Assembly: GCA_047495785.1 (NCBI GenBank)
Contig: JBLDXI010000011.1
Coordinates: forward strand, 1,426,001 to 1,490,000
Direction: 5' to 3'
DNA length: 64,000 bases
DNA from: Lepidodermella squamata
Lineage: Eukaryota > Animalia > Gastrotricha
Shown here piece by piece: positions 50,437 to 64,000 of the stretch. Positions within the stretch are counted from its first letter, which is position 1; every line of letters starts with the position of its first letter. A program made the position numbers and the translations under genes. The notes beneath the pieces are model-generated. The model was not told the DNA's origin. It searched no databases and was given only the letters and a program-made list of their open reading frames with translations.

Positions 50437-52860
50437 TTAATTAACGTATTGCGGTGTGACCGTGTGAACGGTGGGTGCCGATAGCAGGTCGATTTTGACG
50501 ACACTCGAGTGCGGAATTGTGAAGTTGAGCCGTCGCTGGTGCCGCAGGTAGTGAACCACGGCCGGGCGCAGTTTCGCTCTACCATCTTCGCTGTGCTTAC
50601 CAGTCCCAGTTATCGCATACAAAAATCGGGATCGACATGGCACTACAAGAAAAATACGGAAAAAAATTAAAAGAAAATATTCAAAAAAATGTGAAATTAA
50701 ATTTTGAAAAAATTACCAAATAATTATCTAAAATTCTCAAAATTAATTTGCATATTCATGAACTCGAGATTAGTAAAAAATACCCGATGATATCAACGAT
50801 TTTCAATTTTTAGAATCAAATTCGGAGCATTTTTTCATTTTAAAAATTCAACAGATTGAGAGCTGGCGTTAAACCTCGAAATTATCGAAAAATTAATAAA
50901 ATATTGATTTAATTCTATAATTAATAAATGTGTGACTCACTTGACATTTTCTTCTCGATCAGTAAATCCAAAGCTTTCAAAGCCTCTCGAACCTTCAACC
51001 CATGCAAATCAATGAAATTTTGAAGTGACAAATTGATATTTCGCTGTTGCATAATCTCAGTCGCCGCCGCTTGCTCACTCTCAGCTAATTTCGGCTGCAA
51101 TTCCCGAACCTGGGCCGAATAGTAAGACGCAGCTTCGTGTAAGCCCCGCTCGTGAAGCCGCCTAGCCATCGAAACCAACTCTCGTTTTCTGCGCCACAAC
51201 TCAACAGCCTCAGATCTCGCACTAGCCTCGTCGCTTTTCACGCGATACCGGTCCGTAGATTGAGGTAGTGATGTGTAAAACCGTGATTCGTCATATTTAA
51301 GCCGAGGCCTGTCGTCAAAGTTAGGATTACTCGCGTTTTTTCTCACAACAATCACCGGATCGATCGGTTTGTATTTCGGAGGAGAAATAACTGCAGGTGA
51401 CTGCTTCCTCTCCGGGCTTGAATTCGAAGCTTTCGCGGCTGAAGCAGCGGCAAACGCGAAGGTAGGCCGAGCTTCATCGGCGACTATCGACTCTTGCTCA
51501 GGGGTCAACCTAGCCGGCTGTTCTGCGGTCAAATGGCACAAAGTTGCGTAGGCATTGTTGAAATTACAGTCGTTATCCATAAAAATTTCTTCCACCGATA
51601 TATTTCCCATCGCTGAGAATTTTTCACTCAATAACTGAAGTGATAACCGGTATTTTTCGCGAAATGTTACCTCAGTCAAGCCAAGCTGAGCTAATTTGCG
51701 ATTGAACAGCCACTGATGGGTCATTTGCTCCTCCATGATATCCTTCAAAGTACCCTTGGGCGTTTTCTCCTCCTTCGAAGAGAATTCGTAAATTTTGCAG
51801 TCGAATTCATTACTATACGTATTTTCAATCACTTCGCTAGTTTTAACCGGCTTCTGAACCACAGTGCCTTGACTCAAACAACAATACAGCTGCCATGCTA
51901 ATTCCAACGGAACTTCGCAGTTGATTTCTTCGCTGTTATCATCTTGATTCAAGTCGTAAAGAGGCGTTATTCCGTTGAAGAAGTTTGTCAGCTGAGAGTG
52001 AAGCTTGAGCGGGACGTTCAATACCACCATGGGACTCGGCTCATTGGCGAGATCCCCAGACGCTTCTTCATTCGACGGCTGAGAATCTGTGTTGGTAAGC
52101 AGATTAGACCAAAGAAATTCGACATCTTCAGCGTTGAAGTGATTAACAGCTGCTATATAAGCCAGATCAAACAAGGATGGAACGCATGGGGTCCCTTGCA
52201 CGGGAGATTCACAGTCAACAGCAACTTCGGGCGACTTAGACATTGCCCCTTCTCTCGGTTCAGGCTCCGGGCTTGTCGTAAGTTGTTCAACTTTTTTGAC
52301 CTCTACCTTATTAGAGACTTGCAAATGAGGATTTGCCAACAAGATCAGCTCTTCAGCTGTCAATACTGAGTGATCCCATCTAGCAGCCATTTCTATCACC
52401 TGTTCTTCCGTAAACATTCTAGGCGGTTTAGTTTTTTCGTAGCACCACTGCCCGTTTAGAGCCCAGGCAGTCTGAGGTTGATTGATTTCCACGTCGAATG
52501 AGTATTTTGCAGCAAGCCGTACGTAAGGTAGCATTTCCCAACTTTGTGCATGAATATCATCAACGATTATTGTTTGAATGTCACCTTGCTTCATAGAACT
52601 CTCCACTGTAAGTAAAAGGAGTGCGAGGGTTGAAAAAAACCGATCTTTGTAATCACGATTTCTTTACCTCTTTTAAGATTCCATCTTTGAGCTTTATCGA
52701 GATTCGTTGATAAGAAAACCGCCTTAGACTCAGAAAAGTAATCGTTCACGCCAAGTAAGGTGGCGGAACCTTTTGGGCATTTGGCAAGAAGTTCTTTACC
52801 GAGAGTAGTTTTTCCACTGCCGGGAAGACCTCTCAATAGCACAATGCGTTTATTTGGCAT
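50437..52860 (-). CDS. N4BP2: NEDD4-binding protein 2-like (P-loop polynucleotide kinase + DUF1771 + Smr domain)
   Basis: Exons 52668-52860, 50941-52605 and 50437-50642. LLRGLPGSGKTT, IIVDD...WEMLPYV, AASYY...AATEI, IDLHGLKVREA and ITGTGKHS...KLRPAV. Confidence 0.85.
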
Positions 52861-53676
52861 AAATCAATAAAGCGAACTGAACGAGAAAGTTGAGAGCTAA
52901 GGTGAACAACGTGAACCAGGAAGAGTCTCTCATTCGTTCAACCTCAAAAACCCCGACGCGATGACAGGTGAAAAAAATTGCGCGGCTTTTCATTCTTCAA
53001 GGTCATTGCAATATCATGCTAATAAAAATATATTATATAATTTTTTTATAATGTCTGGATTATTATCATGTGTTTTTAAACGCTGCATTTCGCACAAACT
53101 GAGTTTCAAAATAATTTTTAGCTCGATCGAAAAGGCTTTTCTGTTCCTTTTTGTTTGCATGTCGAATCTTCGAAAGCACTGGCCGGTATTTCATTTTGTA
53201 CCTTAAAATTAGAATCGTGTGGTTGAAGCATCACACCGTAGCATGGTAATCGAAACCGCCATCCATTGTGTACAGCTGAGATGACATCGTTAGAATTTTC
53301 AAGAAAAAAGGAAAGGTTTTCACTCTAATTAATAACAAGAGAAATTTCTAGCTAAACGTTTTTTTGCTCGAGCTTGGCCGCTCTTATGGCATGTAGTAAC
53401 TTGACCGTAATACTGGTATATTGAATTGAATGGGAAAACATGGTCAGCGGTAATGATGAGATTCCAGAAAGGTGTTGCTGAGTGGGCACCGGACGTTGTA
53501 AACACCGCAGGTGTCAGTGCTTGTTTGTGCTTGCGACCATTGTTCACAGGGCAGATACAAGAGCAGCCGACTTGTGTTTTGCAGTAATTAACCAACCGAG
53601 CTTCTAGAATATTTTCACGGGTACGATAACTCTGCGGAATTCGCATGGGCCTTACATAGCGATTCTCGCGGTAGAT

Positions 53677-55734
53677 ATGAAGAAGGACATTCGCTGGCTG
53701 CCAATATTTCTAATATTGACAACAATTTTCTCGCAAAAATGCGCCTATCAATGGCGCCGTCAACTTACATCTCCAGCAAGGAAAAATCTCACATCAGCAA
53801 ACAGTGAGTTGAATTCGCGTTATATTGATACTCTCAAACCTTTAAACTTGAGTAGAGCAACTTTCATTGACGAAAAACCAGTTTTTAACGACGAGGCATC
53901 CTCTGTTACCCCATGCAGCAGTGTTACACAAAAATCTATCAATCGCACCCCCATCTGGTCCACCATCAAATATCAGCAATCTGACGAAAGGCTGGCTAGA
54001 TGCGATGACCCTAACAATGGGAATGCCGAACTCGATGGGTAGGCCGGTTATGTCGTCGCCTGTTTTCGGAAACTCGCAGTTCTACCCTGGCTCTTCATCC
54101 ATGTTTCAATCAGGCGCTTCATTGCCGTCTTACTCCCCTTACATGTCACCGTCGTCTTACATGGGGCAATCAAATCAGTTCTATCCGCCGTCGTCTAGTT
54201 CATTCTTACCCTCGTCATCCAATTCGTTCTTCCCCTCGTCGTCCAACTCATTCTTCCCTTCATCATCCTTACTATCATCAATGCTACCTGCCGCATCTCC
54301 ATCAGCGATGTCTTCCTACCTGCCGTCATCTTCGTCTTCAGTTTTATCTCCATCATCTCTTCCAAGCTCCTTCGGATCTTCTTCATCCTTACTTTCATCA
54401 TATCCATCGATGTCAGCGCCAACTTTACATGCAACGTCACTTGCTTCGTCCGGATCATCGTTGCTGGGGTCGTCATTCTCTGGCTCGAGTCCTCTACTTG
54501 GATCCTCGCTTTCTGGCTCATCGCTATCTTCACTGCCTTCGTACTTACCAGCTCAAGTTCAGCAACCGATTTATTCCCCGTCCTACAGCAACTCGTTTCC
54601 TCAAGCGCAACAATACGCCTCAGCACCAGCTATGTTCGGGCCGCCCGCATCTCAGCCATTCGCATTTCCGCAAGCGTCATGGTCACCTATGGTAATTGGA
54701 CCCCCTTCTGCGTCAATTATAGGCCCTCCAGCGCCAGCAGGTAAAATTTTCTGTTGAAGAATTAGATTGAAACTTTTATGATATCCAATTTTCAAAGGTT
54801 TTGGCAGCTTAGGAAATTTCGGCAGTCTTGGCGCTGGCTATCCGGTAAAACTTGCGATTATCCCCGACCGTATAATTTTACGACGTCTTTTTTACAGGGA
54901 ATACCTGGTTACCCAGGCCTAATAGGTGTGTTGAGCTCAAATGATGATGAGAATCCAGTGTTAATCTTGTTCTGAAATAGGAATACCCGGACCACCGGGA
55001 CCTCCAGGTGTACCAGGCGTCCCTGGGGTGCCTGGTCAATCGGGTAAGTTGATGATTCGAGCCGAAAGCCACTCTAAACCTGTCATACTATTTAGGGCCA
55101 GCGGGTACTCCAGGAAGCAATGGAACTCCTGGATCTAACGGCACTCCTGGTAGGCTAGGGAGAATCTATAGCAAAAATGTTATATTCTTGTTTTTCAAGG
55201 TTCGGCTGGGACTCCTGGAGCTGCGGGTGCCGCGGGAGCAGCTGGCACACCAGGGGCAGCAGGAGCTGCTGGTGGAGCGGGTAAGTATTTGGCTTTCTGC
55301 ATTATGTTTTAATCAATGTTTTTTACCTTATATAGGTACTCCGGGAGCGGCTGGAGCTGCTGGAGCGGCAGGCGCAGCTGGAACACCAGGTAGGCTTAGG
55401 CTGTTACCTACCTTGACAAATTCAACTGAAATATTCTTTTCAAATTTAAGGAGCGGCTGGGGGTGCAGGTACGCCAGGCGCCGCTGGTGCTGCTGGAGGA
55501 GCAGGGACCCCAGGAGCGGCCGGAGCCGCTGGGGCAGCTGGTGAGTTTAAAGTCAGCAATACATGTCTAACATTTTCTAATTAAATACCGTTTCCAGGCG
55601 CTGCTGGATCTGCTGGTAACGTTTTTTAATTTACGACAAATTTTGCGAGATCTAATTATCTTTTCCCACGTTAAGGTGCCCCTGCAGCTGCTGGTGTACC
55701 AGGCGTTCCGGGTGTTCCAGGCGTTGGAAAATAG
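53677..55734 (+). CDS. Secreted short collagen-like protein X (Ser/Pro-rich N-domain + Gly-Ala-Ala triplets)
   Basis: Hydrophobic leader exon 53677-53803, large exon 53856-54741, then small exons encoding GIPGPPGPPGVP and GAAGAAGTP. Ends GVPGVPGVPGVGK* (TAG at 55732-55734). Confidence 0.8.
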
Positions 55735-56078
55735 GTGCAAAATAAAAAATATCAGTTCCATGAAATTCTAGTTCTTCAAGAAATGCTTCAAAATTGGCCG
55801 CTTATAAGCATATTTTGAAATATGATTGAATACACGTAAAAGTATCAGCCCTAGCTTTATACTAATTTTTTCGTTGAAAATAAAGTTATCTATGATAGGT
55901 ATGTGTGCCATTGTACAGATGGCAAAAAGTAACGCTGCGATCTCGAACAGCCGTCTAATTGGCAAAAAATGGTTTATTGTATGCCTTGATACCTCTTCAA
56001 CTCTGGAGAGATCGCGCTGGGTTGAAAAACGAAGCAATTTATGCACCGGATAAACCATTACCAAAATGACGTGATGAT

Positions 56079-57732
56079 ATGAATTTCCTTATATCACTTT
56101 TTCTAGTTTCACTGACGCTGCAATCAAATGCGTCACTGAATTCAACTACGAAGCGCCCTGCGGCGACAACAAAATTCAACAGTTTGAAAACGATCACGCT
56201 CTTCTTGATTTATTTTTGAATTTTCCAGAACAAGCGAAGCCTGTAACGATCCGGCCTCCGCCCAACAAAAGCCCTGTAACTTTGAGCCCACCATCCGGGC
56301 CTCCAGCCCCACCTAGCGGCCCTGATCAACATCAGGATACCCGCCAATTTTTCAGTGGAATGCAGCTTCAACCCCAGCAGATGCAAGCCAACGGACTGTT
56401 TGGCCCAATTATTGGTGCCTCCCCAATAGGTTCATCCTTCGGATCCCAATTTGGCTCTCCTTTCGGTTCCCAAATGGGCTCATCCTTTGGATCCCCCTTT
56501 GGCTCTTCCTTTGGATCACCCTTCGGCTCATCTTTCGGGTTCCCTTCGTTTCTACCTGCTTATCCAAGCTATATGCCAGCCGCACCCCCGATGATTCAAA
56601 TGCCACCAGCAGCTCAGCAGTACATTCTCCAGCAACCCCAAGCTCCAAATCCAGGTCAAGGTTCTGGGTGCCTCTGAACCCACGATTCGTCTAATATTTT
56701 GTAATTTCAGGATACGGTTACGGATACCCATGGGGCTACGTAAGATAATTTCATTTTGAAAGAGAACTATGAAGCTTTGATTTTTTCAAGGGCATGCCCG
56801 GAACGCCTGGCATGTATGGTAAGAAATCCCTTCGTTGGAAATAATATTTCTCTTACGGCCTTATTCTGTAGGTGTTCCTGGGCCCCCAGGTCCTCCTGGA
56901 GTTCCAGGCACTAATGGAGCCAGCGGTAAACATGACGCGGGTTCCATGTGATAGCCATTGTTGAATTTAAAAACTTAATAGGACCGAGCGGCGTACCCGG
57001 TACTAACGGGGTGGCTGGCACAGCGGGCGCTGCTGGAGGAGCTGGAGCACCAGGTGTTGCCGGTAGTTATTTGAATCGTTGATTTTCGGTCTTGCAATTG
57101 TTTGCCATTTTTAGGAGGTGCCGGTGGGGCAGGTGCTCCTGGTGTTGCAGGTAAGTCCTCGACATCCTGAAAGACATGACTTCTGCTTTATCATTTTAAC
57201 TTGCAAAAGCTGAGATTTCCTTTTCTCTTGGGATGAATATTTTCTTTCCACGATTTTTCAGGTGCGGCAGGTGGAGCGGGGGCTCCTGGTGTTGCTGGAG
57301 CAGCGGGGGGAGCCGGCACAGCTGGAACGGCAGGTAAAAATTCCGTAATATCCCCCATTTTCCTATGTGGCATCCTGGGTATTTAAACTTGAGTTTCTGG
57401 GACCCATCAAAGGAATAACCTCATCAAAAATAGTTGAAACATTGCTTCTTACCAAGGTGGTGCTGGCGGAGCTGGAGCCCCTGGAGCAGCGGGAGCGGCT
57501 GGTGGCGCCGGAACAGCGGGTGCCTCTGGCGCTGGCGGAGCTTCAGGTGCATCGGGAGCCTCAGGTAATTTTTATTAAAATATATTGAAAATAAAGTTCA
57601 ATACACATTCCATTATTTCCTCTCTAGGTGCTTCAGGTAAGTAAACTACCCTTGTAATAGTAATATTCCTTGATTGATAATTGATTTACAGGTGCTTCTG
57701 GTGTACCGGGAGTTCCTGGTGTCCCTGGTTGA
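56079..57732 (+). CDS. Secreted short collagen-like protein Y
   Basis: MNFLISLFLVSLTLQSNA signal peptide (exon 56079-56181). Exon from 56229 has PPSGPP...DTRQFF and GSPF/GSSF repeats, followed by GAAGGAGAPGVA exons and a 9-nt microexon at 57628-57636. Ends GVPGVPGVPG*. Confidence 0.8.
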
Positions 57733-58198
57733 GTTATCCTGGAGGAGGACAAACACCATACCATTTTATCGCTTATCCGTGATTCCCTTCACTATAATTT
57801 TTATTGATGTCCTTGAATAAACAGAGCATGAATCATTTCGCATCGGATGACGCAAAACAGGTGCCAAAGCTAGTTCTTTGAAAGGGTTACCACGCGAAAT
57901 CTTGGGTTTCGCAGCGCAGTGTACTCATTTCCCGATCATTTTTTCCGCGTGTCAAGCAGGCGCGCGCAGTCGAGTAGGTGGTAGGTTGCTTTTGTCCTCG
58001 TAATGAGCAAACACGCACATGTTCACGCCGAAACCTCTCATCCGTCTTTTGTACGTCGATGGCCACTCACCCTGCCAAGAGCATGACTCGCACTCTTTAT
58101 TGCTAGGCGGTAGATTCAACCGAGAAAGTTCCACGACATTGAAGGCGGTACGCGGCGACAGTCGAAACGGTCGACATGCGACCATAGCCGATAAAACT

Positions 58199-59616
58199 AT
58201 GAGTCTGCATTCCGTCTGTATAACCCTAATAGTAACACTCACTCTCGTTTCACAAGTCAGCGTCCAGTCGCCGAAGCGGGCGCCCGCTTCGCATCGCATC
58301 ACCACCGCAGTAACCCGTAAGTCTTACTAGAGACTCTATACCCTATACATCCTTAATCATACCCCTACTCCAGACGCTCCACCGACAACCAAAGTTCCGC
58401 CACCACCGGTACACGGGGCAAAAAATAACACCCGCCACCCCCCAGGTCCACCAGGCCTACCAACTGGCCCGCCTGGTTTACCAACAGGCCCGCCTAGCCC
58501 ACCATCCGGACCGCCTATCAATGGCTCGTCGAATGTGACTAGGCAATTCATCAGTGGGTTTGGTGGTCTTGGTGGTCTTAGTGGTCTTGGTGGCGGGTTT
58601 GGCCGGTCACCAATTGTTGCTCCGCCAATCTATGCGGGCGGTTCTTCTTTTGGTGGCCTCGGCGGCCTCGGAGGCTTCGGCGGCTCGTCGTTCTATCCAT
58701 CATACCTTCCATCGTACTCGTTGCCAGCAGCTCAACCTATCTATCAACCGATGGCGCCCCCTGCTCAACAGCCCATTGTAATCCAAGCAGCTCCACAAGC
58801 CGCCTGGACACAGTGGACAGTAGGGCCGGGAACTGGTTTCGGGTATGGTGGTTACGGATGGGTAAGTTTTTCGATATTTTTACTGAAAATTATATTTTTT
58901 CAATTGAAGGGCATGCCTGGTGTACCCGGAATGTGGGGTTTGTTTATAATTATTGTCAAAATTCAATAAATATGGCTGTGATATGTAGGCATGCCTGGTC
59001 CACCGGGTCCTCCTGGTGTCCCCGGGACACCCGGCCAAACAGGCCCGGCTGGGGTCAACGGTACCCCTGGCTCAGCTGGAACTCCTGGCGCTGCGGGAGC
59101 CGCTGGTGCTGCTGGTGCTGCAGGTGTGTTCTTGAAAAAACCTGAGCGTTGAAGAAAAGATCCTTTATTTCTTTTCCAACAGGTGCTGCAGGAGGTGCCG
59201 GCACTCCGGGTGCTGCTGGAGCCGCTGGAGCTGCTGGAGCAGCCGGCACTGCAGGAGCAGCAGGTGCCGCTGGAGCTCCAGGAGCTGCAGGTAAGTTCGA
59301 CCATATTTTTGAGACCTTTTTGTTTGAACATCGAGATCGATCGCCCAACATTATGAAAATCGAGACATCAATTTTGCTGAGCTTTACAACTGTTTATTAG
59401 GTGCTGCCGGTGGAGCTGGCGCCCCGGGTGCCGCAGGTGCAGCCGGTGGTGCGGGTGCTCCGGGTGCTGCAGGCGCTGCTGGAGCGGCAGGTGCGAGTGG
59501 AGCCTCAGGAGCTTCAGGTAAGAAAGTTATAGCTGACTTCAACACAGTCATCATAATGTTTTCCAGGTGCTTCCGGTGTACCTGGTGTTCCCGGTGTTCC
59601 TGGCGTTGGCAAGTAA
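58199..59616 (+). CDS. Secreted short collagen-like protein Z
   Basis: MSLHSVCITLIVTLTLVS leader (exon 58199-58316). Exon from 58374 has PPSGPP...VTRQFI and GGLGG repeats, followed by GMPGPPGPPGVP and GAAGAAG exons. Ends GVPGVPGVPGVGK*. Confidence 0.82.
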
Positions 59617-59760
59617 AACGATTGCAGCGTTTCTACATTTTACATTATCGAAATATATTACAAACCCGCGAACTTTTCCTCGTAACTACAAGACACCGAG
59701 ATGTTTTAGGCTCTCTCACCTTTATTCACATAAATAATAAAACATTTAAAACAATCAAAT

Positions 59761-61495
<1,735 letters not shown>

Positions 61496-63157
61496 TCAAG
61501 AAGAGCTTTCCATTGAGGTATTAATTATTCAAGTAATACGAATAAGTAAGTCTCTGATTTACTATTTACTAGACAAAATAAAATAGAGAGCTATACAACT
61601 GATGTGCATCTGGAGGGCATTTGATCGACTGAAAGAAGAAAAGTAAAAGAATATTGCTAAATGGAAAAGAAGGGAAATGCATTCAAGCCTATACAATTAC
61701 AATTACAAGCATATTACAAGCCACTTGAGCTCAACAGTATCACACCTTAGTGGAAGCGCCTAATACCTATTATGATATGACAATACTGCCCATCACGAAA
61801 AAGCTCATCTTAACTAGTTGACTGGGCGTGAGCAGCGTGAGTAGCGGATGCCATTTACTTACAGTTTCCAAGACAGGCTTTTCCAAGAGTGTTTCTCGCA
61901 GCAGCGATCAGCAAAGCCTAGCGAGTGTTTAGCAACTCATTGCAGTAGCTGAGTCTCAAGGTTATAAGACGTGTGTAGATATCAGATGGCTTTGCATTCA
62001 TCTGATTCCAGCAGACGAAGGACTCTAGACGAGAATCCCGGGAAAAAGAGTTTGCCGCCTATCGTCCGCCCGCAAACCGAGACGCGTTGCTGAGCAACAA
62101 AAAATGTAAAATTACACGCATTGCATTTTGCTTTAATAATATCATAAGACTTTAACAGCCTAAATAATATAAGTAGAAACCATTTTTCAAATGCCGCGCC
62201 AAATTCCACGCCGCGAGACCGTTCGAAAAGCTGCGCTCCACGCTGCTCCATACTCCACGCGGTGACAGGCCTCACTTTTCAATCCAATCCCTGTTAAATC
62301 ACCCGAATTGGTGTCAGGGTCCAACATCCATCCATCCATCCACACTGTACCAACCTTGGAAGCTCGAAGCTCGTCAAGTTTCGCGCTTCGTGCTGCTAGC
62401 AGTGGAATGATTTATCACGGGTTACAAATGTTCTGGAAAACCAAAGACCCTCAACTTCTGAAGTTCACAAGTACTAAGTACTATTGACATCAGAATAATT
62501 ATGTTGCTTTCCTCGGTGCGCTCGGTGCTTTCCTCGGTCAGAATCTAACAAAAAATGCTACTCTGCTGTCATTCGGTCTATATTAGCGCAAGAGATAGCC
62601 GAAATAGAAAATATGCTTTAGTAGATCCAAGCACCATTTGCGAGGTGTGTTTCTGGCTTAGCTTTTACATATATTCTGAATGGAGCCTTTTAGGAGCTAA
62701 CCCACCTTCTTTGTGCCCTCACGTTTATTGTATTTCGATCATATTACCGGATCGGGGATCAGCACTGAGATCCGACTGAGCTAGATTTGCGTCATTACCG
62801 TCATAGCTGATTTAATACTGAGCGATTTCGTTGAGTATTGTCATGTTTCCCTCTACCATATCTGCTGGGATGTTATCGAATGCTACACGTCTCTCAAGAC
62901 CAGTACCATCGCTTTCTTTGGCGAATACTGTGTTCTCTTTAATATGTTTTTATTTCTATCATTTCATTCGGTAATTGCTGATGCATGACACCCGTATGGG
63001 CGATCTTCCTCTGACCCCTGAATACGATTGGACTATTGAATATGCATGATATATACATATTATTGGCTGCAATAGTTATTGATATTTCTTTATTGTTTCC
63101 GATTCTCGATAGGTATAAATGTTTTCATCTCATTTACCATCCTGATAGCTACTTGAA

Positions 63158-63280
63158 ATGCCTGGAGAAAGCAATTTACTGCGGCCATGGATAATGAAAA
63201 TCATCATCGAGTCAAAGTCAGCCATTTCTCCAAATCCACCTGCGGATAACTATCTGGGCATCACTTTCAGACGTCATGAG
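63158..63280 (+). CDS. Candidate first coding exon of an unidentified gene
   Basis: Acceptor-like AG 9 nt before the ATG, an open frame MPGESNLLRPWIMKIIIESKS...RRHE, and a strong GAG|GTGAGT donor. Downstream exons were not resolved. Confidence 0.3.
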
Positions 63281-64000
63281 GTGAGTTCGTTTTTTTAATG
63301 TCAAATTTAGTTTTTATCATTCGTGAAACCCCGCCATTTTCAGTACTTATCAGTAATCAGTATTTTATTTCGTGTTAAAAATTCGAAATATAAAAATACT
63401 TGGATTCGTTTTGTTTGGTGTAGTTTGTAGTTTCGAGTATAATATGTAGTATGTCTTGCTACAAGTTGAAGGTTAGACCGAGGTCCCAGAGTGCAATAGG
63501 CCGAATGCCTGTTGCCTTTTCATACACGTTTTATATGGGAAGTGAAAAGTCAGATGGGTTAGTTGTTAGATAGTAACAATAAATAAGCAAATGAGGATGG
63601 CATTAGCCGAGCGAAAAGAATAGAAAAACGAGCGAAAACAAACGAAATCGAGCATTTTTAGCATCGTATCAGCCCCAATATGCTCGTATAAAAGTCAAAG
63701 TAAACGAGATAACTTGCAATTCAGCCTTCTCGATTTCAGCACTGATCATAGAGGAAAATGAAATTTCCCCGAAGTCTGATGTTCACAAATATATATTTCT
63801 GAATTTCTAAAAGAGAAAAATATTGATATAATTATCATATATATTTTTCAACTGGACCCCCAGATATGCGACATAAACCCACATGAAGTATACAAATCAA
63901 TAAATCATTATGTTTTATCATCGTTGAGTTGTCGTTTCACTTACATTATACACAACATTATAACCGAGCAATTATACTGCTAAAGCGAAACTGAGTAGAG

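Noticed and set aside
54195-54626. 143-aa antisense ORF and other overlapping ORFs across the short-collagen trio
   Set aside because: They are shadows of Ser- or Gly/Ala-rich sense exons with no independent support.

Overview
Gene-dense genomic DNA from an invertebrate animal: AT-rich GT-AG introns, mostly 45-70 nt, with many microexons. All exon models were read by eye. From left to right: (1) the 3' end of a small microexon collagen; (2) a 25-exon, about 1,804-aa secreted collagen-like gene with a repeated QGSKG motif; (3) three tandem ACOT9-type acyl-CoA thioesterases packed directly behind an intronless UBC9, in a possible operon; (4) TDP1, divergent from UBC9; (5) a 13-kb array (30.7-43.4 kb) of about nine small orphan genes from two alternating subfamilies with the same 4-exon layout, including an inverted duplication, a 1.9-kb foldback element and a MITE; (6) an intronless GNS-like sulfatase with a non-canonical CCVSR motif; (7) a CERS1-like ceramide synthase; (8) an N4BP2-like kinase/Smr gene; (9) three tandem secreted Gly-Ala-Ala short collagens ending in (GVP)n-G or -GVGK; (10) TTLL1. 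The strongest candidates for undescribed biology are the alternating orphan gene array, the QGSKG collagen and the short-collagen trio.
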